Source: Azolla caroliniana (Eukaryota; Plantae; Polypodiophyta). From it: 64,000 nucleotides of DNA. Under the pieces are notes generated by a model, which was not told the DNA's origin, did no database searches, and worked only from the letters and a program-made list of their open reading frames with translations. Both the position numbers and the translations under genes were made by a program. Position 1 is the stretch's first letter, and each line of letters begins with the position of its first letter. This document shows, one piece after another, positions 22,625 through 37,695 of the stretch. Where the stretch lies: positions 21,824,001-21,888,000 of the forward strand of contig JBHGNT010000005.1 of NCBI GenBank assembly GCA_043228905.1, in the 5' to 3' direction.

Positions 22625-25600
22625 ATGCCTCGCTTGCGACGCAGCGTCTGTTGCTCTGTGCTCTCCTTGTCCCCTCCCCCTTCTCCTCCCCCCCGTTCCT
22701 CCCCTCCCTCCCTTGATCCTGCCGATCCTTCCCAATCCTTCGATGGCTTATCTGATGATGTCTTGCTCTCCATCTTCTCCCTCCTCTCCCCCCGAGACCT
22801 CGTCTCTGCATCGCTCGTCTGCAAATCCTGGCTAGCAGCTGCCGTTTCCGAGTCGCTGTGGGCTAACCTCCTCGTTTCTGAATGTGGTCCCTCTTGGCCT
22901 CTTGTTCTCTTCTCTGAGACTTCGCTCACCCATGGCCTGTCTTTCTCCGAGTAAGTTCCTTCACTGAACTTTCTGTCTCTTCTTCGAGCTAATTAGTAAG
23001 AAGATGAATATAAAAGTTTAGTGTTTGTTGTGAGTATATTCGATAGCAATCTCCTGCCTTCTTTATGGAAGCCATTGGTTTTCCATCGGTTTTTATATAC
23101 CTGTTGTCTTTTCTTGAGCTAAGTCACAAGGAGAAGCATGATATTTCTAATCGAAATTCTTGCTTTTGGAGAAGTTTTGTTAATCTCCATGTTTCCATAA
23201 GGTAGGAAAAACATGGTTTGCGAATAAACTTCGATCAATTTCTGTTATTTTTTGAGCTGATTCATAAGGAAATATACACGGTTCTTTATGTTTTTGAGAG
23301 ACTTTTTTTTTGATGGAAAACATGGTATGCATTCATAAAATTGCATAAGTCTTATTGATCTCTTTGTCTTTTTCAGAATTATAATTAAGGGAAAAACACG
23401 GTGTGCATTCATTAAATTCTTAGTTTTATCCATCTCTTGTCTTTTGAGTTAATTCATAAGTGAAAATTTGAGATGCATGAAGCGTTGATAAACTTATTGT
23501 TTGCTTTCAGATTAGATATACCAATCTGTTGTCTCATTGAGGTAACTAAGGGAAAAAATCACAGTCATTCATAATTTTCTTTGGTCTGAATAAATTTTGT
23601 TGATGTATTCTCTTTTTTGAGATAATTCAAAGGCAAAACATTTGATCCGATCATCAAAGGAAAACATATCTTGCATTCATTTGAAATTCCTAAGTTTGAG
23701 TAAGTTTTATTTACTATTTTTTTTCAATATAAGTCGCCAGGCAAACTCATTGTATAAATTCATGAAGTTCCTTGTTTGGCACGAGTTTTATAGATCTCAT
23801 TTCTTTGTTATATAAATCATCATCCTGGAAAAACATGTGCACTCATGAAATCCCTGATCTGTGTAAGTTTTATCAAGCTCTTTTCTTTTCAAAGGAAACT
23901 GTTGTAGTTATGTGTGTACTATCTTCTCATGCATTGAGTTTTGTAAGAAGATTATGCATACAAGTTCCAACATTTTACCTTCTTCAACTTCAGGCCAACA
24001 AAAGCTGAGATTGCATCGTTTCACACTTTGTATAATGCAAGGCATCAACAACCACGGTCTGTTATAATTGATGGTAACTAAAATTCCCATGACTTTTACT
24101 AATAGGGCTTGCAACTTGTATTGTTTTTCATATATAATAACTGCAATAAAAGTGTTTGTTCACTTTAAGTGCAAGATTTATTTCTTTAGAATGCTAATCA
24201 ATGGAGTGATATGTCAATTAAATAAAATGAGCTGGATCCTTCCGACATAGAAAAGTTACGCACCATTGTGGCTGTGGCTTACCCTTACAGTATAGGGTAG
24301 TATGCTCAATGTCTATTGAGCAGCAAGCTTTTGACTATTCGGTGGGTTTTGTTGGCAGGAGGGTCTGGCTATTGTAAATTTGGTTGGAGTGATTCTGATA
24401 GGCCTACTGGGAGATTTCAGACTTATATGGTAAATAAATGTACTACTGAATACAATTTTGTGTTTTCATCATTGACACGCTGCATGTGAGTGCCTTTCTC
24501 ACAGTGGCAAAATTTAGAGAACTTTCAGAATCTATGAATATTAACCGTCGACCACTGATATGATTAGGCACATGGCAATATTGAGATTCCAATGTATGCC
24601 TCTTTGAAGGATTTCTTTTCAAACGTTTATGGCCGGTATGTGTGCCATCTCAATCTCAGTTTTTTTAATCAAGCTGGTACTAAATGGCTCTAGCCTCTGC
24701 ATTATATTCTTTAATGGTTATGGTTTAGGTAATAGAAGTTATAGGCATTTATACACTGGAGATCATACTCTGCAAGTTTTACTTTGTGTTTCTTCATCCA
24801 TTGAATCTGCCTTTCCATTGAGGTATACCTTTATCCTCTGCACATGCCTTTAAACTAAGGTTCGGAGGTCATATGTATGTTTCTTTATGCCATTGGAGTT
24901 AATGAATGAATACTGCCATGGGAGATCCATTAATTGAGTTTGTAATTCTAACCCAGAGACCCAGAGATACTATATGGTGGTTTGTTGTATTCATATTAAA
25001 TCTGCCAAACCATGCCACAAAGTGCTTGGTTTTTCCTTCTATAGGGAACGGGAGATGAAGTAGAGTGAAAACATTTAGATTGTATAGTTACAAGAAGTTT
25101 TGTGTGCTGTTCCTTTAGATACTGCAATGATATCTAACGGATATTCCATGGGTGATTGCATGTTCACAAATTCAGGCATTACGGTTTTCATAAAGAATGT
25201 TTAATACATCATAAGTGATGTGATTATATCTTATGCTGGATAGGTTAGTAGCAAAGCCATCATCCCAGCCTGTAGTCATATCAACTCCAATATGCTATTG
25301 TGATGGTACGTATATAGAAGCTCAAGCCTTATGACTGCTATTTTTAGCAGACATTTAAATCTAGAAATTATACAGAAACGGACGCTGCTATAGCTGCGAG
25401 AAGGAATTTATGCTATGTGACTTACAAGGTATTGTTTGACATGGGTGTACGTGCTGTCTGTGCAGTCGATCAGGTAATGCTTATGGTTTAATTATTTTTT
25501 ATCCAGATAACTTGTTTTTTACTGTGGTTGTAAACTATATTAATGTATGAATGGTGTGTTGTTTTTTCATGCCATGCACAGGCTGTTTTGGGTCTTCTTG

Positions 25601-27753
25601 CGGCAAAACAACTTTCCGGAATTGTTGTTAACATAGGCTTTCAACTCACCTCAGTTGTCCCAGGTAATATAACAACCTGAAGATATAGTTTCTTTCCAAA
25701 AGATGATGTTAATATAGAAGTGTCTACCTGGGGTTCTCAGATCTAGTCTCTTGACTTTAGGATATTATCTCTAAGTTCACTAATTTATTCTGCGAGATTA
25801 GTGTGCACTTCAATTGTATAAAAGGTTCAGGCACCATTGCTGATAAAGCACTGCACATCTGCTTGACTTGGGCCTTTTGAATGTTGATGAGTGTATCTGA
25901 ATGATATCTATCACATTATATTTGTCTATCACATTAAATACCAGGGGTGCTTTTAAGCATTCTATTAACACATCTTTGAAACAGCTGTAATCATGCATGT
26001 ACAAATTTTAGTAGTTCACAAGTATGAGATTATCCAAGTTGTTATTGAAATATCTCAGGAAGTTGAAGGTACAAAAGTTTGAAATGGGAATTTGAAACCC
26101 AGATGAATTTCAGAGAAGTCTTAGTAGAGCAGTTCTCAAGACTCAAGAGGTAAAAGAAAGTGTGAAATCTGCACTTATCCAAATAATTTCAGAGATAAAA
26201 AAAAAACTTGTGTATCTGAAGCATATTTGGATGGTTTTTTCGTCGGCTTCAATGTTCATTTTTTCTCTTAGTCATGGCCTACGTGCCATGACCATGCAGG
26301 GGTCTGATTTGAGTTGCAAGCTGCAAAAGATAGTGTTATTATCATGTGTATATAGCAAGCTGAACTCCAGTATGAAGAGAAGCACTTAGATGTGATTGTT
26401 GGATCTTTAGGGTTGTAGCTTGTCCATATCAGAGGTTGATTATTCATGTTATCATTTATTACCTCAGCATATGACATATGAAGGCAATTCAATAAATTTA
26501 CTTGCATGTTAGCTTTTAAAAGTGTATCTCTATACAATACAAAAGATTTGATGCTAATCTGCAGTTCTGCATGGCAACATTATGCGCAATATTGGAGTGG
26601 AGGTGACTGGTCAAGGGGCCTTACAGCTGACTGCCCACTTGTCAGAACTAATGCAGCAGAGTGGCATTTATTTTGATAACATCGCAGTTGTGAAGATTCT
26701 AAAAGAGGTTTCATACTTTTCCCAGACAATGTTTTACTTTGGCCAAATTTGTTTTTTGTATAAGAATTCATGAGGGTCACCTGTCTGTAATTTTGAGCAG
26801 AACCTCTGTTACGTAGCTTATGATTATGAAGCAGAGCTGTGCAAAAATACAGAAGCATCGTATGTCATAGATTCCCAGGGTGAATTTAAGCTCAACCATG
26901 AGCGCTTCATGGCCTGCGAGATATTATTTCAGCCCCAGATTGGAGGACTGTAAAGCTCCTAAGACTCTTCTTGGGGTTATTTTGTTTTGTATTTTTTTAC
27001 TTGTACTAGTTAATTAGAGGAGTTCACCTTCTGTCCCTGTGCTTGGTTCCCTCAAGACTAAAAAAGACTTGGGTTAATAAACATTGGATTCATTATTTCA
27101 TGTTAGTTTTGGTTACGTGAAGGTCTATCTATGTATTGTGCAGGCAAGCAATGAGTTTGCAGCAAGCAGTAGCATTATGTATGGAACATTGTGCACAAAT
27201 CTATGACGATTTTGGATGGTATAAAACTGTGGTGCTGTGTGGTGGCTCAGCTTGCCTACCTGGTTTGTCAGGTGTGGTTTTGAAGAATTGCATCATGTTC
27301 ATGGTATTGGAAACATTTTTGGGTTGCCAATAACTGTTTGTCGTTTGAATTGTATCCTTAGAGAGGTTGAGAAAGGAACTATGTAAAATTCTACCATCTT
27401 CATTATCACAAAGTGTTACTGTTATTCCTCCACAACATGAATCATCAGTGTGGCTTGGTGCAAAGGTTATCAGTAATGTATGATTTCTCTCATATGTGGC
27501 TCAACTATTCGTATAATTCTACATGTATAAACTTTAAGCAATATGGCTTAATTTTCCTGAATCCAACAATTAGCTTATCTATAGAGTTCTTATCTCAAGT
27601 GTTGGTACTAAACCCAAACGCTAACCCTTGAACCATTTTTGTATTCTGCAGCTTAGCAGTTTCCAGGATTCTTGGTGCATTACAAAAAAAGACTTCAAAG
27701 TTATCGGTCAAGAGCTAAAGACAAAAGGGCCCTCAAGAAACCTCACTTTCTAA
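22625..27753 (+). CDS. ARP8: Plant actin-related protein 8 (F-box + actin fold), 12 exons, 474 aa
   Basis: Exons 22625-22950, 23994-24073, 24359-24429, 24568-24635, 25244-25305, 25376-25473, 25582-25663, 26565-26707, 26801-26949, 27144-27271, 27362-27477, 27652-27753, all GT-AG and in phase. F-box (FDGLSDDVLLSIF..VCKSW) followed by IIDGGSGYCKFGWS, SGIVVNIGF and VVLCGGSACLPG. Confidence 0.93.
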
Positions 27754-30698
27754 TCTAATTCCTCAATTCGTCGTTGAAGGTATTCCAAGTGAATTTATCT
27801 AATATCATTAAGGCCATCCATGCTGATTTTGTTTTGTTTGGTATGCTTTCATGGCTATTAGGCTATGCTCGACAATAGCTATCAAGGTTTTACCTCACAG
27901 TGCATTCATGTTATATTTTGTATTATAGTGATTTTTTCTCAGAAGATAATATGTATATTTATTATACTAAGATAATATGTATTCTCAGAAGATAATATTT
28001 TGCATTATACTAGGGAAAATGTAGCATAGATATATCACCCTACTATTGCAGTGTCCTACCACCCCCCCACCCCCATCTCTTGCATTAGTAAAATTCTTGA
28101 ACAATGAGAGTGGCTCCGAAGATGGTAATAAAATATATCTTTCTATCTCTCTCCAAATTTGTTTAGGATTGAGGTAAAATATACTTCAGAATATGCCCAA
28201 AAGCTTATGAGTGACTACATTGGTGAACTTTTGTATCCTTTTATCTCTTAAGTTCACATTAGAAAGATTTGAAAATGACTACATTGCTTTCTTCTAAAGA
28301 TTCTTAAAGCAATGCTTTTGTCTTAGACCAAATCAAGTCCGATTCAGATTATGGCCATGGAAAGGGTGGTTAAGCTCAAGATTTTTTTGGAAGCTTAACA
28401 TCGACTTCTTAACCAAAGAGTTGAGGTCATGACTTTCTGGTTTCTTTATAACCTCACCAATTGAGCTATATATGTCTTTCTCTTTTTGATAGCCTTATGC
28501 AAATCTTCACTAAGAAGAGGTATTACTACTTTGTAGTAAGTGGAGAGAATAAATATATATCTTGTATGTGACTCGGATATATTTTATTCTCTATATTACT
28601 TGGATTCATGTTCTTTATGTTCTTGTATGTAAATCACATCCTAGTCACATAGTTCATATACCTTGACCCGCTTTGGAAGATTCAGATCAATGTAAATTTT
28701 GCTATTGTAGATCATGTGCTCTCATGGAAATTTGATCCAAATTTTTTGTTTGATTGGTTAATAGACTATTTATATGGATCAAACAATTCATTTCCAAAAC
28801 ATTTGCTAATAATTGGCCTTTCCAGTACAATGGTGCACCAACAGAGGTGAATACTTCAAAATATATGTAGATATGCACAAGAATGCTGCAATTTATTGGT
28901 GACACCTGAAATTTGAATGTACAAAATGGAATTTGATATAATTTCATTTGTAATTCATACAAATACTATTCATAGACATTTTGATATCCATGTGGAGGAT
29001 ATAAATTTGAATATGACCCTCATAAATTTCCAACCATTTCCTCTTTTGTTATCTGCATCCATCCAAACAATGAGCCAATTAAGCATTGGAAATGTTGAGT
29101 ACATATTGATGTTTCATCATATGAAAATATGAAAGCTAATAGTAGTAATGTTATTGAATATTTGCTTTTGCCTCAACTTCTATGTAAGATGAACCTTCAT
29201 CTACGGGTTGGACATTGACATATGCGATGCATGTTATGATTCTATTTGTTAAGATTCAAATAGAAAGACTCCATTCATTTGAGCAAACAAAGAGATTGTG
29301 AAGCTCTCATAATAATGGCTACTCTAGCACATTACCTAGTTACCATTATTTACACACACGGTTTCATATTCAAACTATCATCCCAAAATCCAAGTTAATC
29401 ACATCATAGTTGCTAGCATATTAACCATAAATTAAAATAAGAATTATAATTTTGATCGTCCATAAAGAGGCCAATTATAAAAAGTGAAGAAAGCAAATAG
29501 AGATATCTATACCAAATTATAATAAATTTATTCACAAAAAGCTACACCAATTATTCTAGGTATAAACTAGGAGTGAATAATTTACTTGAAAATAAGTATT
29601 CCAGAATGATCTAATTTATGCGAGTTGAAGTTTTAAAAAATCTTGGAAATCTTTGTGATGAAATCCTCAGCTCAGCAACAAAATGAAACAACAAATGCAA
29701 GCTCTAATTTATACAGAAAATATACACAAATATCAGTGTTCAAATAACATAATTCTCAGTTTAGCTCATTAGCAACGGATGAATGATAGGTAATCAAGAT
29801 ACTGGCAAAACAGATTCACCTGGTATGAAATGAACAAAATCTAACATGAAGAGAGGAAACGAAAGCTATGGAGTTAAATAATTTAAGCAATTCAGATACT
29901 ACCAGAGCAAATCTAATACAGTGATGAATCTGAAAATGTGACAAACGTTTCTGTGCTTTGCAAATGGTTGGTGTGAGATGATACCTGTAAGCAATGATCC
30001 TACGAAAATCTCATATGAACCATTTGAGATACAATAATACTAACCCCAAGATTTGCACACAAAGTTATTAACTACTTACATGCTAGACTAGTTAGAAAGC
30101 CCTAGCATCCATGTCTACATGCAATGCTGGTAAACTTCTCTAACACACTAGTTGCCAGAACTCAGATGTTTTGTAGCCTTTACAGAGCTGATGTTGTGAA
30201 CAGCCTCCAATATTACCAATTTGTAGTTAAAATCTCTACAATATCTTAAGCGCAATTACTAGTTCCATGTGCCATGTCAAACTGAGTTGGTTCATGTAAA
30301 GAAAACATGCCATGCTTATTGATACACATCTTTTCATCGATGCAAAAAGAAAATCTGGCTTGCAACAGCTGATTTTTTTTGCATTGTCCATGATTCAGAT
30401 CAAAGGACAGGTGGAGCATTGAGTCTTCAAATACCTTTTCTCTGAAGCTTTGGAAATGGATGTACATTCAACCACAAATCTGATTTTCATGATATTTGCT
30501 TAAAAGACATAGAAACCTCTTGTGTTTGGTAGTAAATACGGGCAGAGCTGATCAATCCAAATAAGATTGAAAATTGGAAATCCTACATATGCTAACCTCC
30601 ATAAAAACAGGATGTTTATAGGAGATTACCCAAGAGATATATTTTAATGGCCACCATCATCTCTAAATTACATGCGTCTATTCTATTCTAGACAGCCT

Positions 30699-32675
30699 TT
30701 ACCTTCGCGGCCTTGGTGACATTGTCTCAGTACCTACAGATACGATCTCAGAATTCAGAAAAGGCTTCCGTTTATTGCTCTCCCTCCTCGTCTTATCATA
30801 GATATAATCATCCTCGGCTTCTTCTTGAATAGCATTATTATAAGAACGAGACGACACCATGGCTTGGCATTCTTCGAGGACACTGGGGCTGTGGTCAGCT
30901 GCATATAGGATTTTCTGAATTGCAGTGACAATCTACAAACAAATTCAACATGAAATAGTTGGTTATCAGTCCTTTGATTCTGAATCAGAAGTTTAAAACT
31001 TGTCAATGAGATATGAAAAGTGTGAAGTGTTGATAAGTGGATCTATTGTATATTACCGGGGACATTTCAATCCCTGGACATTGAAGCAGTATTTCAATAT
31101 CTCGGAGTTTTGCGAAGTAAAAATCGCGCTCCTTTTCTAAGCTGTCAACCGAGAGTTTAAGCTCTGTAGCCTGTGATAGTGAGATTTGATATCAACAAAA
31201 ACACGAATAAATAAATAAATAAATACATTTTTATTCCTGTATTTTTTTCATGAGAAAATGAAAGCAGGACCTGTTCATTAATCATATCAAGTTCTGATGC
31301 AGGAACCATAGGAACTTGAGGTGGCGAAGGCATGGATGGATGGATGGATACAGGTACAGGTCTTGTATTCTTGTTTCCTGATAAAAAGAATATTAGTTTC
31401 TTCAAAAAATCCATAAAACTAGTAACATACAAGAGCTATGATGAAGACGGACCATTAGTTACAGTTGTTTGTGCATTAACTTCAACTCTTCTTGGACCGA
31501 TTGTGGAGGTAGCTTTTCCTGTTGTATGTGATGGCTTTGCAGGAACAAGGGCAGGAGATGTTTTCTTGTTTGCATCTCTCCCTCCTTTGCATGCTTCTCT
31601 CCTCTCTACAGGACTATAGCTGTGAAATTAACAATAAAAACCCAGCAACTGAGATTGCAATCACAAATTCGTAAGTGCTTCTGAATCTCGAAAGAGATGA
31701 AATAGAAAAAACAACTAAGCTCTGTAATCTTTAGTATGCTGCTGAATCCCAAAAAGATGAAAAGAAGAAAAGCAACCAGGTTTGGTAATCTTATACTCTT
31801 TAATGCTCTTGATAATGGAAAGAGATGAAAAGAATCCATACTTCTGATTTATAAATCCTCCATTTATTGAATCGCAATATCGCTTCAGCCATTGCATGAA
31901 TTCTAGATTGTCCAAAGGCCGTCCTTTCACAAGCTTGTTTACCTCAATATGCTGTTCCATGAAATGTAAAAATAAGACTTCCCTTGAATTAGACTTCTCA
32001 TACCTTTCAGCTGTTTTGGAAGTAAAAAGCTGTTTTTCATCTTTCAGCATCAGATATACTCATACCTTCTCAATTTTTAGCTTGTTGAAAACATCCTGCA
32101 GCACTTTGTAATTTTGGATCATGTCATACTCAGTCTTAGCTTCAAAATTAACCTGAATAATCCAGTTCAAATGAGAGGAAGACAAGAATGAGAGAGTTTG
32201 ATGAACACGGCATTAACATTTAATCCAACCTTATGCATTGGAACAGTGCCGGGATGGACTGCATCTATTAGTTGACACTGCACAGCTCCCTTAGCTGCCT
32301 GAAATCAGATCAGATTGATTCGATTGAAAGATCAATGGTTAGCTCCACAATGTGGTACATTCACACTTGGTCTACTGAAAAATAGATGTAAATTTCTATT
32401 TTCTGATAAGAACACCTAAATTTTACAAAAATCTCAATTTTGTTTTTGTTATTGCCCCAGAATGTCCACATCATCCCGCGCTTGTGTGAGAAATAGACGA
32501 GAACATATTGCAGCGTATAAGAGATAATATAAGCTAAAAAATTTATGGTGTTTGGTCGATTTACCTCTTCCACTTTCGTGAGATTGAGCTGCAAACTTGT
32601 GTTGATCCACTGAAGGATTTCGTTTCTGCCCACAAAATAAGCACCATCCATCATCCCGATATTTGCAGCAGCCAT
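30699..32675 (-). CDS. EB1: Microtubule end-binding protein EB1 (EB1c-like tail), 8 exons, 332 aa
   Basis: Exons 32675-32565, 32298-32230, 32152-32066, 31951-31842, 31619-31453, 31377-31271, 31170-31057, 30932-30699. CH domain ([27 protein letters not shown]) and EBH domain ([18 protein letters not shown]). Confidence 0.93.
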
Positions 32676-33104
32676 GGAGGCCTTAAAGTCTGTAGAAAAA
32701 ACAGCAAATCCGTGATGAAATGCTTTGACATTTTGCAGCTAAAGCTCGAAGTTTGAGCACAGTTCAAGAATCAAAATCTATGGCAATGGTGGTGAACATC
32801 TGAAGTTAAAACTTCAAACCTGGGGCAAGAAGCTGAAATTGAGTAGTTTAAAAGTGATCAGAATATCCTTCTTCTGACAAGGAAATGAAGATTGCAGAGA
32901 TGGCAAGAATAAACAGCGAACGAATCTTCGTATTCTCTGCCGGAATAATGATGCCTCTACTTTCAGGATGAGGAAGGTTCCATTTTTGCAGAATGCACTT
33001 CTACGTCTTCTTCTTCTTCTTCGTTTCTCTTCAGAATAACGGGGGCTTCTTTTTCTTCACAACTTCTAGTTGTCTTCTTCTTTCGTACTTCGTACGTCTA
33101 CTTC

Positions 33105-33326
33105 CTCCCCCTCCTTCTTCCTTCTCACCTCTTATTCTGTCTTCTCCTTCTCTTTCTTCCTTCTCACCTCTTCTTCTGTCTTCTCCTTCTCCTTCTCCTT
33201 CTCCTTCTCCTTCTCCTTCTCCTTCTCCTTCTCCTCCTCCTCCTCCTCCTCCTCCTCCTCCTCCTCCTTCTTCTTCTTCTTCTTCTTCTTCTTCTTCTTC
33301 TTCTTCTTCTTCTCCTCCTCCTCCTC
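33105..33326. repeat. Compound pyrimidine microsatellite (TTCTCC)n-(TCC)n-(TTC)n in the EB1 5' region
   Basis: Directly visible; further (GA)n/(CT)n tracts at ~33497-33532, 33691-33728 and 33856-33884. Confidence 0.9.
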
Positions 33327-33493
33327 AGCAGATAGATGATAGTCTTCTGTTCTTCAGAGAAGCTAAATTTCGAGAAATGGTGTCAGATCACAGACAGACA
33401 CAGAAGAATCAGAGATCAGAGAGAGAGAGAAGGCAGGAAAGAAATCAAAACACAAAAATGGAGCCGTTTTTCCCCCCACACACACGTTTTTTG

Positions 33494-33535
<42 letters not shown>

Positions 33536-33688
33536 ATTGAGTGGTTTTGGAAGAGCAGAATTTGTTTTTTGAGCACGAAAAACCAGCGGTTTTTTGTTTT
33601 TGTTTTTATATGTATATTCCTTGGTGGGGTGGGGGTGGGTTTTTAAAAATTACAAGAAATGCCCCTCCCTCTTGGCATGGCCCTCCTT

Positions 33689-33731
<43 letters not shown>

Positions 33732-36220
33732 TGGGTGGGTGTGGCTGCCTGTCTAAATCTAGCTTTACTATATATAATAAACAACCACCAAAAATAACAC
33801 AAGAAACACTATTGGTCTTTGCATCCCATGTAAATGTGATGAGGGAGGGTTGCAAGAGAGAGAGAGAGAGAGAAAGAGAGAGAGCCGGTACCCGACAAAT
33901 GCCTCGCCTGCCCCACAACACTACCCTCGCCTTCTTCTTTTCGTGAACAAAGCCCCCCCCCCCCCAATTCACCAGGTTTATCCGCCTGCTTGTTTGCGAC
34001 AAAAGAGAATTCTACGTGTCACACCTGTTTTGTGGTGAGATCTTGGGGGGTGGCTGGTGGCTAGTGAGTAGAATAGATAAGAATATCGTCCACAAGGAGA
34101 CCACAAACCCTAAAGACCAATTGTGATCTTATGAGATGCCTACCCACTGATCCACACCATGGTTAGGATGGAACTTGGGTTCTCTCGATCTTATGACTTT
34201 GATGCTACATTGTAAACCACCAAAACCAATAGTTAGAGAGAATAGGTGTGTACGTGTGTGCCATGTGCACTAACATCCTCCCCATGCCATGAGTGCATCG
34301 GTCATTATCTCCCTACCATGATGCATGTGCGATTCGTTGAACATACCCATGGGATTTGTGCTCAGATCTTGAACATACCCATGGGATTTGTGTTCGTGTA
34401 GAATTATGGTCGGAATGTATTATGCTCCCTAATTAACTAAAGGCCTCTCTTCTATGCAAATCACTACACACATGCTAATTAGGAAATAATGTGCATTTGG
34501 GAACCTTTTTCATAATGCTTGCGATTATACCAACATGTTATGAGCATGCTTGTATTTGTGCATTAATTTGACTCGACATCCATGATTAATGCATAGTTAT
34601 AAATATGTGTGTTTATTTATGTATATACATATATGCCTCCAACCAACATTGTGTTTAGTTTTGCATGAAACCATTCACAATAGTTTGAACTTTGAATATT
34701 ACATGGATAGGCCATCATCTACAATGTTATCGAGAACCTTTCTAAAACAACTCCTCTCTTAAGTTCTCACTAAAATCTTAGTGTTTCACCAACCATCATT
34801 AGAAATTTGAAATCATCAATAACATTTAAACTATTGAAGCAAACATGAAACATAAAATTTATTCCTAGTAAGCTCCTTTTAATTTGTTTGAAATATAGGT
34901 GCATCTATTGTCCAAGTTACTTTCTATGGAAAAAAATAATGCTAATGTAACCAATAATTGTATCCTTCAGCTCCTTAAGAGAATAGCCTTTGATTTGTAA
35001 TAAAAAATGACAAAACAAGAAAAAGAGAGCATACATAATCCGCATTATTAGAAGTTAGAACCTAACTACAAGCTACCAAATGACCTAGACTAGTATTATT
35101 GCCAAACAAGAAAATTGCTCAGGCACAAAGCTAGATCCAAATCAAAATTTATGTCACTCATAATAGGTGTCTTGCCAAGCTTGATCCCAAAAGTTCCCAA
35201 AAATTAGTCTTTATCACATCCCAAGCCTGCAACTCATTGATCATGCTAAATCTATCAAGTTTGCTAACAATCCAATGTTTTGAACTAAACACAGTATTAT
35301 ATACTTGTTTTAGAGCTTACACCAAACTTTTATGAGTCCTTCATAGGTAATGGCTAGTTTAGAAAAGAGTGATCAGCCACACCATAAGTGTTGGTGTAAA
35401 CAAATAACAACTAATCCTTTCATCATGGTCAACGACGAGAGTGGTTGAAAAGTTAATGTAGTAGATGGTTCCATTAGGTTTAGTTATATAATGTATTATA
35501 GCAATCTTGGTGAGGATGCAAAAGGTTACTTATTCACTAAAAGTCTTTAAGTGGTATTTGTATCGACTTACTTAGGAGCATATGGGTGTATATCATCATT
35601 GTATGTTTTGTTTGTAGAAACTGCATTCACCGTGCAACTATTGAAAATATTTGTGTTGTTAATTGTTTGTGCATACCATACATGGGTTTTGCACTTGATC
35701 TTTGGCAATACTTTGTAGGTGGAGATTAAAGCACACAAGACACCAAGGCTGAGAGGTGCCCAAGAAAAATTGGTTTCTAGAGAGACCTCATGTAGCTTGT
35801 ATTAAATAAAGTACTTGTTGAGGACACGATCCATGTGTAATAGAATTTGTGTATGTTGCATACCTAAAATGATATTGAGGACTTGCTAGTAGTAATCCGT
35901 GGCCAGTATGATAATATGCAGGTTCCCCAGATAATGTGAACAAGAAAAGGAAACTAAGTCCTCTACGAAAGCATTGTTCTTCATTAGACCCATAGATACA
36001 AACATGGGCTTGCCAAATTGAAGGTTGTGATTGTTTTAAATAGGACATGCCATGGTAAAAGGCTACTTGGGATTACAAATGTAAATGCTAAAATAGTAAC
36101 CAAATGAGGAGATCTAAGTCTTGTAAAATTGTGGATGTTATCTGCTTATTGATTAGTTGTTATTCGACGATGACTATTTGTAATAAATTGGCGTGAAACC
36201 TTAGTCTCCAAATTCCTCTT

Positions 36221-36259
<39 letters not shown>

Positions 36260-37695
36260 CAAAAAAGAATATACGCCTTTAGTTAAAATATACACAAACT
36301 CGATCCCTTTCTCGGGAAGGCGGAGCCAAGACTAACCTATCCTACACAAGAGATCTTGCTTATTTATCTTCACTTCTCTTGTTTTGATTGCCATGTAATA
36401 GCTTGTCTTGTTACTTCTTGTGTTTTTGGATGCTTATAAAATCCCCTACACCCATTTTTTCAATTACCAAAATGCCCTTGCCCCCTCTTTGGCATGTATA
36501 TGTTTCTCTTTGTATCTAACTCTAGTATACAAATTTGTCTCCCCCCCTTTTCGAGTGTATGTCATGAGCATTGAATGGGTACTAGACAAAGCCTACAAAT
36601 TCTTATCTTCATCTTTTCATGAACCCCATATACATTTCTATCTTTTTTCTCCCAAGTTAGATTGGGTTTTGATAGAACCTAATTTCCGATTTAGAAGGAA
36701 AAGATACTACACATTTGTGGTGATGGTCCCAAGCAAACCTAGAGAGAGAGAGATCTTTTTTAACATCCATGGGAGACTAATTGTGATCTATGAGATGGGG
36801 CATAGCCCATGGCGAAGATCGAACTTAGACTTATTACTTTCAAACTTATAAACCACGAAGTTGAGATATAGATAGATTTTATTGTCACCTTCGAATATCA
36901 AATATGACCTATGACACCAAAAATATAACATTTTCATGTAGTATGTGTGAAAGTGAGCAACAACTCTTAATGTTCAAGAACTTTACTTTTATGAATGTTG
37001 CAATAGAGAGTGCACATCGTGCCTCTAGAAGAAATTAATGCAAGGATTGGGTTTGGTTGAAGATGTGTGGAAAACATAGTTGGATGTGATCAAAGGTAGA
37101 GCATTGTATCGAAGTGTGATACCTAGACTCTTGAACTTGTTTAGGGCAAAGTGTGATACCTAGACTCTTGAACTTGTTTAGTCGATTACTCTCATCACTT
37201 GCGCCCCAACACCTAGTCTCACATCGTAGTGAGTGTGACCTAAGTCGCGTGGAAGCAAAGGTTCAAATAACAAACATCTAGATGGCCTCTAACATGTATT
37301 GATGTTTGTGTTTCCCCATTGACAAAGAATGTGATTTTGTAGTTAGGTATAAATATGTGGTATAACGTGTGAAGCATGAACCTCCACAGTTTTCCTATGC
37401 CATGATATATGGGCATTGCAAAAAGGCCTCATTCACATCATGAAGCGTGTTGTATCCCATATTACAAACCATTTTTCAAGATCTTGTATCCAATCAGAAG
37501 TAATGGTGTGAGCTAACACGATTACTCTCATCACTTCTACCACAACGCCTTGTCTCACCGTGTGAGCTAAGTCTCATGGAAGCAGCGGTTTTGATGGTAG
37601 ACAATGAGATGGGCTCTAAAATTTTCCCCATTAAACAAAGGATATGGTTTTGTAGTTAGGTGCAACATATGTAGTATAATGTCCAATTTTGTTCC

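Noticed and set aside
22363-22929. 188-aa minus-strand ORF
   Set aside because: Antisense to ARP8 exon 1 and its low-complexity upstream region.
22625-27753. F-box/actin fusion as a novel architecture
   Set aside because: This is the established structure of plant ARP8.
32993-33646. Pro/Ser-rich extensin-like ORF
   Set aside because: It is a translation of the (TTCTCC)n/(TCC)n/(TTC)n microsatellite in the EB1 5' region.
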